A stretch of 64,000 bases of DNA. It comes from the human T2T-CHM13v2.0 reference genome, Homo sapiens. Below the pieces are notes generated by a model. That model made no database searches. It had not been told where the DNA came from and saw only the letters and a list, made by a program, of their open reading frames with translations. The position numbers and the translations under genes were made by a program. Each line of letters opens with the position of its first letter. Position 1 is the first letter of the stretch. This document shows positions 30,713 through 46,927 of this stretch, piece after piece. The stretch is taken from NCBI RefSeq assembly GCF_009914755.1, contig NC_060929.1; one strand, 5' to 3'.

Positions 30713-31177
30713 TGTATTGGATTGAATGTTACCCAAAATTCATGTCAACCCAGAATCTCAGAATGTGATCTTCTTTGGAAATATCGATTTTGTAGATATA
30801 GTTATGATGGGGTCATAATGAATTGGGGTAGGCCATAAATCCAAGGACTGGTGTCTTTATTAGGGAAGACACATAAGGTAGAAGGTCACATGAAGACAGA
30901 GATAGAGATTGGAGTTATGCTGCCACAAACCAAGGAATACCAAACATCACTGCCAACTGTTAAGCCAAAGAGGCAAAGAAGGATTCTTCCCTAAGCCTCT
31001 TGGAGGGAGAATGGCCCTGCTGACACCTTGACTTTGAACTTCTAGCCTCTAGAAATGTGAAAATAAATTTTAGTTGTTTTTATGCCACCCAGTTTGTGGT
31101 AATTTGGTTATGGCAGTCCTAAGTAATTGACCCAGTTTGTGGTAATTTGGTTATGGCAGTCCTAAGTAATTGAAACA
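30713..31177 (+). mobile_element. MaLR LTR (MLT1C-like)
   Basis: aaaattcatgtc...cagaatgtga...aagaaggattcttcccta...ggccctgctgacaccttga...ccacccagtttgtggtaattt. Confidence 0.85.
31088..31173. repeat. Perfect 43-bp tandem duplication
   Basis: cccagtttgtggtaatttggttatggcagtcctaagtaattga occurs twice with no mismatch. Confidence 0.97.
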
Positions 31178-31339
31178 GATGCTAATGCAAGCTCAAATTT
31201 TTTTTTTTTTTAGAAATACATGGGAACATCAGCATTTTAAAGGACTTCAATTCAAGTGATCTGTTGTTACTAGGATGGCACAAGAACATAAATCTTCCAG
31301 TTTCAACTCTTGGAACCTTTCCACTATATCATAATCTCA

Positions 31340-31377
31340 CATCCATCCATCCACCCACCTACCCATCCATCCATCCA
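31340..31377. repeat. (CCAT)n-like microsatellite
   Basis: catccatccatccacccacctacccatccatccatcca. Confidence 0.9.
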
Positions 31378-31549
31378 ATATTTACCAAATGCTATGATAT
31401 GCCAAGCAGTGGGCAACTAACAAAATAACAACTATCCTCTCCCTCATGATAATTTTGGTCTAGTCTCACTAAATAGGTTATAGAATAGGTTATAGAAGTT
31501 TTTCTATGTTAATACATACAACCCTCCATCTGAGATTTTTAATAACAAT

Positions 31550-32450
31550 ATAGTGTTTCATTGATTGCATGTGACATACTTTAAGCAATATCCTCCTGAT
31601 GAACATTTATTTCCATTTTGTCAATATTATAATAATAACTGAGATGAACATCATTGTACATACATGTATGCCCTTGCCTGCAGATTTCCTTTAGATGAAA
31701 ATCTTAGCATGGTATTTTGAGGTCACATTTTACTTAGTGATATATACTGACAAGTGGCCTTCTACGAATGTCCTATCAATTGACATATTCACCAACAGTG
31801 AGAAGCGAGCCCATTTCTCTCACCAACATTTAATACTGGTGTTTTCATCTATGCCCATTGTATAGGTGACTAATAATATTACCATGTGCTTATTTGCATT
31901 TCTTTGATTACTGATGAGGTACAATATAGTTATTATCTAGAGCTAAATTGCCTAAATTTGAATCCTAGTTCCACTGGTTCAAAGTTACTTAACCTCATGG
32001 TGCCTCAGTTTCCTCAACTGCAAAGCAAGGATAATAATAGTATCTACCATATGAGTTACTGGGAAAATTAAATTGTCTAATACCTATGAAGTGCTCACAA
32101 CCATGCCAATAAACAGTGCTACCATTAATATTTTAAGTGTCATCCAATCCTATTTTTTCTTTGCAAGTAAATTTCCTGATTATATTCTTTCCCATTTTTA
32201 TGTTGCAGTGTTCATCTCTTTCTTACTAATGTGTAAGAGCTCTCTCTATATTCCGTATCTCTATCTTTTATCTGTTGTATAGATAGTAAATACTTTCCCC
32301 AGTGTGTCATTTATATTTCCACATTGATTTTTCTTCCTTTTTCCCCATTTTTGCTATTTCCCTAGAAAAATTTTATTTTATAATATCTATATAATCGCCT
32401 ATCAATCTTTTCTTTATGGCATCCAGGTTTTACATAGATAAGGACTTTCC
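31550..32450 (-). mobile_element. L1ME-like fragments with an inserted MIR (about 31920-32130)
   Basis: Antisense L1 phrases (gatgaacatcattgtacat; tttgcatttctttgattact; ctttccccagtgtgtc) around a MIR core (tgcctcagtttcctca.ctg). Confidence 0.65.
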
Positions 32451-32942
32451 AAAAAATAAAATACTTTAATTTAATGGTAAAATGAAAGAGTTAATAGTTT
32501 AAGAGGAGAAAATTCCAAAAGATATGAGAGGCAATTTCTAGCAGAGTTTCACTGATTTAATATTCAGGGTGAGCATTACTGACTGTTAAGGAAGTAAGTT
32601 TGGGCGCAAGTTACACTATCCCGGTCTCCACAGCCTGGGTGTTTGGAGAAACTAACATCTCTCTGGGACGTTGCTTTGCGGGATTATCTGCTTAATGGAC
32701 GGAGTGAACCAAAAAATGTATTAAGGGTATGTTTGATGTCATTATCTGGTGTCAAAAAATGAAAATGTCTTCCCAATAAGTAATCTGAAACACTCCTGAA
32801 AACATTTCTAGAGCTATAGCTTCTCCACAGAGTGACTACAGGTTTCCAGTTTTAGAATTTCTCTCAATCTTAAAACGTTTTCTCTATAAACAAATGGGTA
32901 TCTGGGTCCTATGAAATCATACACAGGCATTACCTTATCTTA

Positions 32943-33279
<337 letters not shown>

Positions 33280-33564
33280 TCACTCTGTGTCTCTTACATT
33301 TTGATAATTCTTGCAATACTTCAACCTTGTTCACTATTATTATATATTTTACGGTGATTTGTGATCACTGACCTTTTATGTTACTATTGTTAATTGTTTT
33401 ACGGTCCCACAAACTGTGCCTATATAAGATGGCAAACTCAATCGATGAATGTGTATATTCTGACTGCTCCAATGACTGGCTGTTCTCTCATTTCTCTTGC
33501 TCTCTTCAGGCCTCTCTACTCCCTGAGACACAATATTAAAATCAGGTCAGTCAATAACTCTATA

Positions 33565-35200
<1,636 letters not shown>

Positions 35201-36689
35201 TCTCATGATAAAATTTAATGGCAAGAGTTACTCCTTATGGATAAGCAAAGAAAATGGTTTCTTGAGATGAAGTCTACTTCTAAAATGACAAAAAAATCAT
35301 AATACTATACGTAAACTTAGTTGATGAAGCGGTAGAAGGGTTTGAGAGGATTCCAATTTTAAAAGAAGTTCTACGTGAGTAAAAGGTTATCAAACAGCAC
35401 TGCATGCTACAGACAAATCGTTCATGAAAGGAGTCCATCAATGCAGCAATCTTCATTGTCTTATTTTAAGAAATTGCCACAGCCACCCCATCCTTTAGCA
35501 ACCACCATCCTAATCAATCAGCAGCCATCAACGTTGAGGCAAGATATGTAACAGCAAAAAGATTACAATTCACTGAAGGCTCAGATGATTGTTAGGTATT
35601 TTTCTAACAATAAAGTGTTTTTAAATTATGGTATGTACATTTTTTAGATGCAATGCTATTGCACACATAATATACTACAATACAGAGCAAACATAACTTT
35701 TATATGCACTTGAGAAACCAAAAAATTTGTGTGACTCATTTTATTGTGATGGTCTGGAACTGAACCAGCGATATCTCCAAGGTACCTGTATCTAGATTTT
35801 ACATATTATGAAGATTTTGGTTATTAACATCCTGAATAAATACAAAGGATCACAACATAAAAAGAAAGTCTCTTAAATAAGGTACTCAAATTTTACTCAG
35901 ATTGGCAAATGCCAAATCAGAAACAAAATATTTAATGCGAAAATCTACTCTACTTTCCCTCAAGGGGATTAATTTTTCAAAGGGAATTTCATTGTTTATC
36001 TACCGAGACATGCCTCGTCACTCTAGCTCTTTTCAGTTCTCTGTTCTAATTACAATCCAAATTTAGCATCCTTTGAGGCTTTCTTGCATGCTTTCTTCCA
36101 AGTAATTAATATGATTTAAATAAAACTGTATTTAACATAACACCTATGGCACCATGTCAAACATGACCCCCAATTCAATATAATCCTGTCATTATCTTTG
36201 CTGTGATTCAACTGCTAATTTTAGTCCATATTTATAATTAACTTGACTTTAATTTTCCTAAAATAGGATTAATCATTTTAGTGAAAATTAGATATTCGTT
36301 TCTATCAAATATTAATTTTATAATTCTACTCTATTAAAAATTCAATACAACTAAGAGCATTCAAGTTTATTTGGCTTAATTTGTCCTTCATTCACTCATA
36401 TGCTTACTGTTTATTCTTTCATACATGCTTTACCTACATGCGAAATGGTGTTGGCAAATATGACAAGGCCAGCTTTATGTGCTCTATTCATAAATTTGCA
36501 TTAAAAACAAAACAAAATAAAACAAATTTTGCAATAAAACAAAACTGCCTCTATTTAAAAGAAATCCCCTATGCAGAAATTCATTCACCTTAAGTAAACA
36601 ATGACTGGGTAACCCCTTACTATGTAGCACTTAACTAGACATAGTCTATCAGAGATCAAGTTGGTTCTAAGTTAAAAAATCTAGCTGGA

Positions 36690-36993
<304 letters not shown>

Positions 36994-38129
36994 CTAGCTG
37001 GAAAAAAATCATGAAACGACTAGGAAACAACTGCTCTCTTTTCTTCTACAATGCAACCTTCAAATTGTCCCTGGAATTCCCTTGCTTTCCAAAAATAATC
37101 AAACAGAAACAATGCTTATGGAATTCCAAACTTCTAATAAGGACATTAAAAAACCTCTGCGTGTATTTCTCAGTATACATTCCACACTTTCTATATTCCT
37201 GTCACAATGTCCATGCGATGCCCCCCAAATATATCCTAGTCATTTCCTAAATGAGCTCTGGAGACTTTTACCTTATTTCTTTTTCTAAGAGGAAATGACT
37301 GCCCTTCCCTATCTCTACCTCCTCATATTTACTACTTGCTCTAGACCTAGCTCAAATACCATCTCTTCCTGGAAGTCTTCCTCAACTCACCAATCAGTGG
37401 AATTTTAATTGTCTTATTCTCCAAATAACTCAGACCTAAATAATTGTATCTTGATAACACAGAGCTATATAATGCTTTGCAATTAAATTGCTTGCACAAA
37501 TAGTAACTCAACAGTCATTCTGCCCAATTGCATCACAAATCATATAGATGATGGGTATTAGAGATTTAACATTCAGTAACTGAAACAATAGGACTTAGTT
37601 GTGCCTGCTTAAACTAAAGGCATATATGTATACATTGTTTCTGGAATCTAGAAAAGACTTTTGGGAATATAGGAGAATAACATCCCAAAAAGTTTTCTAA
37701 AGGACGATAGAGCTTACAATTGAATAGTTTTCCTGTTTGTGTAAACCAAGAATTACAGTGACACCTGAAAAGTTTAGGACATAATAAATATTAAGTCTCA
37801 TGGTACTCAAGAGTATTCCAGAAGTCTGTTTTCTAAGTGTGGATGATAATGTGATAATGTTTGTGGATCTTAGACTGAAATTATGAACCAAAGCTTTTGT
37901 TTAAAAAAACAAAACAAAAAAACAGGCAGCGCACTCCTTACTGAAACGAAAGGCTTGCCTCTCTCTAGTGATTGTTTTCCAGCTAACTTTGGCAAACAGT
38001 GCATTATTTAAGTGTTAGCAGTGTGATTATTTTATGTGGTGGGAATTCTAAAGAAAGTACAGTATTCCATAAATTAACTTATATAAGAAGTTACTTATCG
38101 ACACTCTAAGGTCAAATAAAGTTAAGCCA

Positions 38130-39140
38130 ATGACATGTCACGTAATCTGGGTTCTAGTTCCAACTCAACTACTTTGTAATGTAATACTGAATAAGCTGCT
38201 TAATTTCCCTGTCTCAGGTTCATCGTTTTATAAAATGAGGAGGTTTGACTAGATGATCCCTCGGGTATGCTGCAGCTCAAAAAATGGAAAGGAAGAAATA
38301 CATTTTAAATTCATCTTATTAATAGAGGAAATTAAACTATCAGCAGAAACTGATAATTTTTTCCACTTATTTACAAAGCTGATATATTCTGAAACTGTCC
38401 CTAAAATGTTTAAAAGTTGGCTTTTTCAGGTCAATAAATCCAGCACTTTAACTATCAATTTCTCTTCACTTTACTGATACATCTTTCCTCTTTGGTCTCA
38501 AAAGTTGCTGTAAAATCTCTTATTTCTTTGTAATTCATAATATAATTCATCCCACTCTGGTGTTTCATCAATTTAACAGTTCTAATTGCCTTATTATCTG
38601 CTCTGGTGCAGTAGTAAAGCCTTTGAACATTTCATTTACCTTACCAACAAGAAAACCCCATATATCTCAGCCTTAAGGATATTACCTCTACCTCTTGGAT
38701 GAGCAGAGGCATGAAGGCTTAAGCTCTCTGGAAAGCCAATATAATCTATCACTATTTAACTGTTTGTCAATGTTTATGCCTGTCTCAACTCACATTTAAT
38801 GGGGCTTTTTATTGTTATTTTCCACTATAAAATTTTCAAGACACCTAAATGTCACTAATTCCCTTCTAAATTTAGCATGTATATTGCAGTGCTGCTTACT
38901 TGGCAGACTCACTGATATGGTGCAAATGCATGGGTTTTGGCATTGAGAAGATTAACTTGCCTATGTTCAAGTCTTAGTTCTGACCTTTGCTATATATATG
39001 GCCCTAAGTAAGTTACTTGCCCCCTGACCCTCAGTTTCCCCATGTAAAATAGGAAGACTAATATTCAACATCATGGTTAATATAAAGTAAGTATAGTTCC
39101 TGTTCCAGCGCTGCAAACAAAACAAGCAGTCAGTAACATT
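38130..39140 (+). mobile_element. Two MIR fragments (about 38130-38280 and 38910-39140)
   Basis: ctgggttctagttcc...tctcaggtttcatcg..taaaatgagg; gttcaagtc...aagttactt...cctcagtttcc..tgtaaaatagg. Confidence 0.65.
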
Positions 39141-39207
39141 TAGTCATGCACATGGCCTGCCCACTAGGCTATGATTCTGCTTGTTGAACTAGTCAGTTTG
39201 AAAATAG

Positions 39208-39519
<312 letters not shown>

Positions 39520-39799
39520 TCAAGTCACCAGCTACTTCTACAGGACTGTTTCCAAACTGCTGGTTGTAACCCAGTAGGCAGGGTCATAATCCATGACTCA
39601 TGAAATCAACCCAGTGGACTGTGATCAGCTTTGGTTTAATGGAAGAGAATAGAAATCGAATTAGAAATATCACAGTGCATCATAAGTAGTAAATATAAGA
39701 AAAGTTCATTAAACTGTTTCAGTTTTATATATGTATATGTATTAGTGTAGTGTGTCATGATGCAAAATAAAATAATACTTCTTACTCTGGGTTGGATCA

Positions 39800-40105
<306 letters not shown>

Positions 40106-40599
40106 AGTTTGAAATATCTTGCTCTATAGAGAAGGCCAATCATCTTTGGCTGGATCCTTCCTCTTCCCTGCCCACTTTCACCAGGCAAATATACTACTGA
40201 GTCCTTAAAAATCAGTTTTTAAACATCAAGAGACCCACTAGCACTGTTCCTCCATATAACAGCTAAATAAAAACTTGACGTTTCCTGCGCTGTTAACAAG
40301 AATAAGAAGTGGACACAATAATTTGTCCCGTCTTAACTATTCATCAAATCCTCATCTTATATCTTCTTCTTTTGAACTACAGTGGCAAGTAAAAGGCACC
40401 CTGGGGGCCTTACCAAAAACAAACAAACAAAAAAGACACTAAGGAATTCCACAACTAGAAACTCAGTTATCCAAATAAGAATACAACATCAACATTTAAA
40501 ATGTATTTCATAACCACAACTCTTCAGTAAAATAAATATATTTTGGGGATGATATTCTGTTTGCTAAAAGACAGCCAAATTAAATGTGGGGCTAGGGGA

Positions 40600-41900
40600 G
40601 GGCTATTAAGAATACTTCCCCTAGAAAATGATGTCAAAGTTAGGATATGATGGATGAGTAGGAATTAGCAGGACAGAGACTGGAAAAAGGATATCTGGCA
40701 GGAGTACTAAGCAGGGAGGCAGCATTCTAGGTGCTAAGAACATAGAAGACTCTAAAGCAAAAAAGAACATTAAAATTTGCTTTGAAAATTAAGTAAGGCT
40801 GGTTTGTTGAGTGCACAGGAGAAGAGCAGCAAAGCTGAACAGGATAGCAGGGTACTAGGTTATAACCTTATAAAGTTATACTGAAACAACCGAATTTTTC
40901 CTAAATGTATTTGACAGGTATGTGACATCATATTTACCTTTTATAAAGATCACTACAGCTGCAACATGGATAATGTAATAGAGACAGGCAAGTCTAGGCC
41001 AGGAAGACAAGGGGAGAGTGGTAGTAATCCAGGAGAGAGATGGTGGTGACCCAGACAAGAGCAGTAGCTATAGGAATTGAGATGTAGGTATTTTAACCCA
41101 GGTGATGGAGCAGGAAGACAAGGAAGCAGGAGAAGCCAAAGATAACTGGGTAGGTGGTAGTATGGTAGTACCATTGTCAGAGATAAGAAGCCCAGGAGAA
41201 GATTGAGGGAGAGGTAAAATATAAAACCATTACCTTTTTTATCATGTTGTGTTTAAAGGATATTATGTGATATTAAGGTGGAAATGGCCAAAGGTAGCCA
41301 GTCCCACAGTTCAAGAGAGAGGTCTGGGCCAAAAACATAAATGTGGCAGTCATGAGCATATTGATAACTGAGGTCATGAGTGGGCAATATTGCTCATTGG
41401 AGTGCTGATGGAGTAAAAAAGGGAAAAAAGCCCCAGGTAGAACCTCAGAAAACATTTAAGTAAGGGTAAGCTACACTTGATCAAAAACTACATCTGTCTT
41501 ATTCACTATTGTATCTCTGTCATTCAAACAGTACATGACATATATTGATGGCTCAATAAATTTTTGTTGCATAAATAACAGAGAAAAGAGTCAAAAATAA
41601 TAATAAGGGGGAAGAATATAGCAGGAAACCAAAGCACTGAAGTATCACTGTAACAAGAAAACAGGATGAAAGCTTTTTATGAAAGTGGGAAAGGACAACT
41701 GTGTCAACTGTTACTAAGAAGGCAAGATAAAGGCTTTAAAAATTATGGGTGATCTTTTTTACTGCTACTACTAAGAAAAGAAATCAGACTACAATGGGTT
41801 AAGAAGTGACTAGGAGGTAGGGTTGTGGAGAAGATAATTCCTTTGCCAAGTGTGGTTCCGAGAGAGAGAAATAGGATAGAGGTTTTTGGTGTTGTTTCTG
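40600..41900 (-). mobile_element. L2 (minus), with a short plus-strand L2 3' end at about 41470-41575
   Basis: aaagatcact...gtagtaatccaggagagagatggtggtg...gagagaggtctgggc; ggctcaataaatttttgttg. Confidence 0.75.
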
Positions 41901-42727
41901 TAAGATAAAAGTGACTTCACCATACCTGAATGCTATTGAGAAGAAACTGGTAGAGGTTAGAGACACAGGATTAAGAAAAGACAAACACACAGGGCAAAAG
42001 GATAGGATTGAGATCACAGAATGTTGGCTTTCAATAAGAGGTTCAGATCTTTTATTCCAAGAGGAGGTAATAAGGATAGTAGGGGTGCGATGCAAGTAAG
42101 TCTGTAGGTTTGATGGTGCGTGGGGCACATACAAAGAGCACCTGATCCTACCATTAACCATGGAAGACTTCAAGAAAGAAGTAACAGCAAAAGAAAAAAA
42201 ATAGATTTTTTTAAAAAAGTAATGATTAAAAAGAGACCTAAAAGTTAAGGACTAGTTAAGTATTATCCAGAGCAGATGGCTAGGGAGTATTCTAGTCAGA
42301 GGAAACCGAATATTTAATGAAAACCTGAAGGGAGATTTTATATTCAGAAGTTGATATATTTACCAAGTCCAACAATAAAGAGTAGGAAAGTTGGCTTGAG
42401 TTTAGAGTTGGCCCTTGGCTCAATTTCATTTGGGCTGCTGATATAGCTCAGGGAGAACTACCCTGAGCTACTCTGAATATCCCAATCAGAGTACTCTCTC
42501 TAATATTTGAGAAGAAGAATATTTGACGAACTGTGATCACTGATTCAACAGCCAGTCATCTATTCAGGAGTCAAATGCTTCATGAATAACTAAGTTCAAA
42601 GCATGATCCTTGATTCTGGAGACTGCAGAGAGAATACGGTATGTTTTATCACTCTTAAGGAACTCAGTCCTCTAATGGGTAGAATCAGTGAAATATTACC
42701 TGAGGCCCACAGGCCAAAGCAAATAAA

Positions 42728-42956
42728 GGTTGAGTATCCTTTATCCACAATGCTTGCGACAATCCACAATGCTTCTGATTTTGGATTTTTTTGGATTTTG
42801 GAATACTGGCATTATATAATACTTAGCAGTTAAGCATCCCTAATCCAAACATCCTAATTCCTCCCATGAGCATTTCCTTTGAGTGTCACGTGGACGCTCA
42901 AAAAGGTTTCAGATTTGGGGGCACTTCAGATTTTCAGATAAGGAATATTCAACCTG
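42728..42956 (+). mobile_element. Tigger4a/MER46A-like
   Basis: Inverted termini aggttgagtatcctttatc / gataaggaatattcaacctg followed by TA. Internal atgagcatttcctttgagtgtca. Confidence 0.85.
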
Positions 42957-43953
42957 TAACAAGTACTCCCCCTTTTTGCACCTGACTCCCTCATTATTTT
43001 ATGTCTCTTCCTCATCCCTCCCCTTCTTCTCCCAACATTTAGTGGCCATAAAATAAAAACATAGAAAATTTTAAACTTTTATTCTACTAACTGAATGCTG
43101 TTTCATATTTCTAACATCTCTAATTAAAAATTACATAAAGTCAACATTTTTTATTGTAAAGAAAAGAAAAAACAAAGTTATATTTGTAGAAGGCCCTTAA
43201 TGGCGTTTTCCTGTATGTCAATGGCCTGAAAGGGTAATGACATTTGAGAACTTAACTTTCAGTAAATATACCAAAATGTTCAGGTAATATGATTTTAATT
43301 TTGCTGAAATACAATTCCGAAGGCTATATGAGCTGTGAAGATGGTATTCAAGAACAAGTCATCAATATGGTGAATGAGTCTGATAACTATCCAACACTCG
43401 ATCTCAATGTAGCTCTTCTGTTCTTTGTTTTGTCCTTATGTTTGGTATTACTCTAGTTAATGAATTAAAACACAAACAAAAAACAATATTGTTTCTTTGA
43501 GAAAAAAGACCCAGAAATGGAGATCAATTGCTACTGTTAGTAATAACAGTAAGTAAAGGGATCTAAGAAAATCATTGTTTGCAAGTCTGGGGATTAGAAA
43601 AGATCTCTGAACACATCCCTCAACAAGATAGAAATTATCTACTGTATTTTACCCAGTCCCATGCCATCTTCTATCAATATGCTAAGCAAGAGCCAGAAAA
43701 TTCTTAATATGACTAAAATCTGGAATCAGAAATTCTTAAAGATTTGATAATCAGCTACAAAAGCTAAGGCATTTTATCATACCATTAGACTCAAAATACC
43801 GGTTAGGAGAAATAAATGCCAGTGTCATAAATTACTACCTTACTAATGGATAGCATATAGCGGTTAGAGGTATGGACTAAGATACCTAAATTCTAGATTG
43901 TAGGACATATTTTGCTACTTAATAAATGTGTGCCCTTTGAAAGTCACTTAATC

Positions 43954-44410
43954 TGTATGTTAGCCAGTCCCTGGAGAAATGGACATTAAGATGAGACTAA
44001 ACTTGGCAAGGATTTTATCTGGGCAAATATCCATGAGAACAGAAAATGGAGAGGAAGTTAGAGAAAGCTGGAAGAGTCATCAGACTACAATGCAGTTCTG
44101 ACCCTGAGTGCAGATACGAGTGGGGAAAGGTTAGCAAGAAGCAACCTAGACTTCCCTGCAGTTTAAGGAAGGCTCAGCAAGAGCACTGGGAATCCTAAGG
44201 CTAAAGTCTGCCGTCAGGGGAATCCCATGTCTCCCAGGAGAAGGCCTCAGTATCCCTGCCGCACCCAGTCTCTGGCTGGCAGCAGCTCATGGGGTGCAAG
44301 ACCTTGGGACAAATGTAGCAATGGGTTTCACAATCTAGTAGCTGGGGCCCTTAGTTAATTATGTTCCCTTTATACGGAGGTCTTCAAATTTCATTCTCAT
44401 GACCACCACA
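43954..44410. mobile_element. Old ERVL LTR (LTR41-like) within a MIR
   Basis: tcagactacaatgcag.tctgac...ctagact...tgcag...cagtctctggctgg similarity. TG...CA-type ends with MIR pieces on both sides. Confidence 0.5.
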
Positions 44411-44865
44411 ACCTCTTCTGGGAGTTTTCACATCTATAAATACCCTATTTTTGTCCTTCCCATTTCACAAAGTTGTGCCAGGTACCATCGTAGGCACTAG
44501 GCATATAATGGTAAATAAGACAGATGTGGTCTCTGCCCTCAAAGAACTTACACTCTAGTGGAAGATCCAAAGAGGCAATTAAATACTGTGTGGACCATCC
44601 AGATTGTTACTCACTTGCAAACTTATTAATAGTATGACATATACAACTGAGTCCCAATTTATCAGCTTTATGTCTTACTAACTTCCCAACTCCACGGACC
44701 CTAAATGCTCCAGCCATCACATACATTTTATTGCCTCCCAAATGTAACATACTGATTCACACCTCCATGCCCTCATACCTATGGTTCTATCTAAAACATG
44801 ACCTCTATTCAATCTCAAGATCCCACTCAAATGTCACCTGTGATAAGCCTTCCCTAATCCTAGAA

Positions 44866-45066
44866 TAGTAGTTCTCAACATGGGCAATTGTGACAATTTC
44901 TGGAGACAATCTTGCTTGTCACAACTGTGTGTAGTGAGGGTTCTACTACCATCTAGTGGGTAGACGTCAGGGATGCTGCTAAATACCCCAATGTAAAGGA
45001 CAGCCCTCCCTGCCCCCAGCAAAGTATTAGCCCAAAATATCGAAAGTGCCAAGTCTGAAAAACTGC
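44866..45066 (+). mobile_element. MER20 (hAT-Charlie) within an L2 fragment
   Basis: agtagttctcaac...tctggagaca...tgtcacaact...catctagtgggtaga...cagggatgctgctaaa...agtgccaag. Confidence 0.88.
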
Positions 45067-45121
45067 CATAGAGGAAGTTTGTCATAACCTCCTCTGACCT
45101 CATGAAGCATTCTGTCCTTAA

Positions 45122-45537
<416 letters not shown>

Positions 45538-45569
45538 TAGCCAGTACACTGGTGTTACTCAACAGGTGT

Positions 45570-45765
45570 TCTCATCCTGGCTCTACCACTTCCCAGCTGT
45601 GTATCTTTGGGTACATTACTTAAACTAAATTTCTTCATCTGTAAAATGTGGGTCATTGCAACTACTTCACATTACATATTGTGAAAGTTAAATGACATAC
45701 ACATGAAGCGCTTAGCTAATGTAGATAACGGCACACAGTGAATGTTCAATAAATATCAACTAATG
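45570..45765 (+). mobile_element. MIR
   Basis: atcctggctctaccactt...tttcttcatctgtaaaatg...gttaaatga...ggcacacagtgaatgttcaataaat. Confidence 0.8.
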
Positions 45766-46783
45766 GTGTTGTTCCCATGCCTTTTTATGTTGCCAAAACA
45801 AGAAAAAGAAAGAAAAAGCTGGGGGCACAAGGCAGAGAAGGGAGATTTTAGAAGCAGAAAACATTAGTATTCAATAAAACAAGTATAAAAGTGATATTAC
45901 CTTACTTTTATAATTATAAAAGAACTGCCTTTCCTATTTCAGTATTTTTCTCATCACTCATTGGTTTCAAAGCAGTACTTTGTAAATGTATTATTTGCAA
46001 TTCAAAGAAATGCTGTAATATTTATTTGTAATTCAAAGTACTGTCTTTGCCACTAAAATTAGTCACAACTTTAGTTTTTCTTAGTAACAATTACAAGTAT
46101 CACAAATTTCACAACTTTATCATAATATGAGGAAGACACTAGTCTGAATTTTCACAATGAGTTTAAACCTGAATATCTGATATTAAGGAATGTTAAGCTA
46201 GGGTGTATCATGAATTACGTGTTAAACAGCACTTACACTCTTTCAGCTAAGAACTGGTGATGGTATAGGGGGCCAATTTTGGCAAAAACTGAATAACAAA
46301 GTTCTGGTGAACAGTGGTCAATATTTAATATAGTGCCTTATACGTAGTAGATATTCTATAAATACCTGTTGAAATAAATCCAGTGAAGAAATTCTCAGGC
46401 TTAGGAAAATTTATCATAGTCTAGATTGGCAGTAACATTAGCAGCTGACAAGGGAGGTACTAGCTATCATTTCACATGTTCACTCACCAAAATTGTTGAA
46501 CTCTGTTTATTGGAAAAGATTTATCCCTTGTGAAGAAAGTCAGGGACTTTTAATTACTATGGTAACCAATTAAAAGTGTAAGAAAGATGAGCTTCTGTAT
46601 GCTTGCTGTTGGGTAAAGGATTAGTTGTTGATATCTTCAAGTTTACTGGTCATTTCTGTTTCAATAGTAGTAAAACTTGCATAAGAAGAGTAAACAGTTT
46701 TTCATCCCTTTGGTTCCCAACGGGGCATTTCGGCCTTTAGAGATATCTGAAAGTTGCCATTCAAAACCTGTTGCACTGTTTCA

Positions 46784-46927
46784 GGCCCGGCCGTGGTAGC
46801 TCAGACCTGTAATCCCAGCACTTAGGGAGGCCAAGGAAGAAGCATCACTTACGCTCAGGAGTTCCAGACTAGACTGGGCAACATATTGAGGCCCCGTCTC
46901 TATGAAAAAAATAAATAAAAATAAATA
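46784..46927 (+). mobile_element. FLAM-like Alu left monomer
   Basis: Single left arm plus A tail, TSD-like acctgttgcact / acttgttttact. Confidence 0.85.

Noticed and set aside
43847-43860. GGATAGCATAT, a partial EBNA1-like site
   Set aside because: The second half of the palindrome is missing, and it lies at the edge of a MIR.
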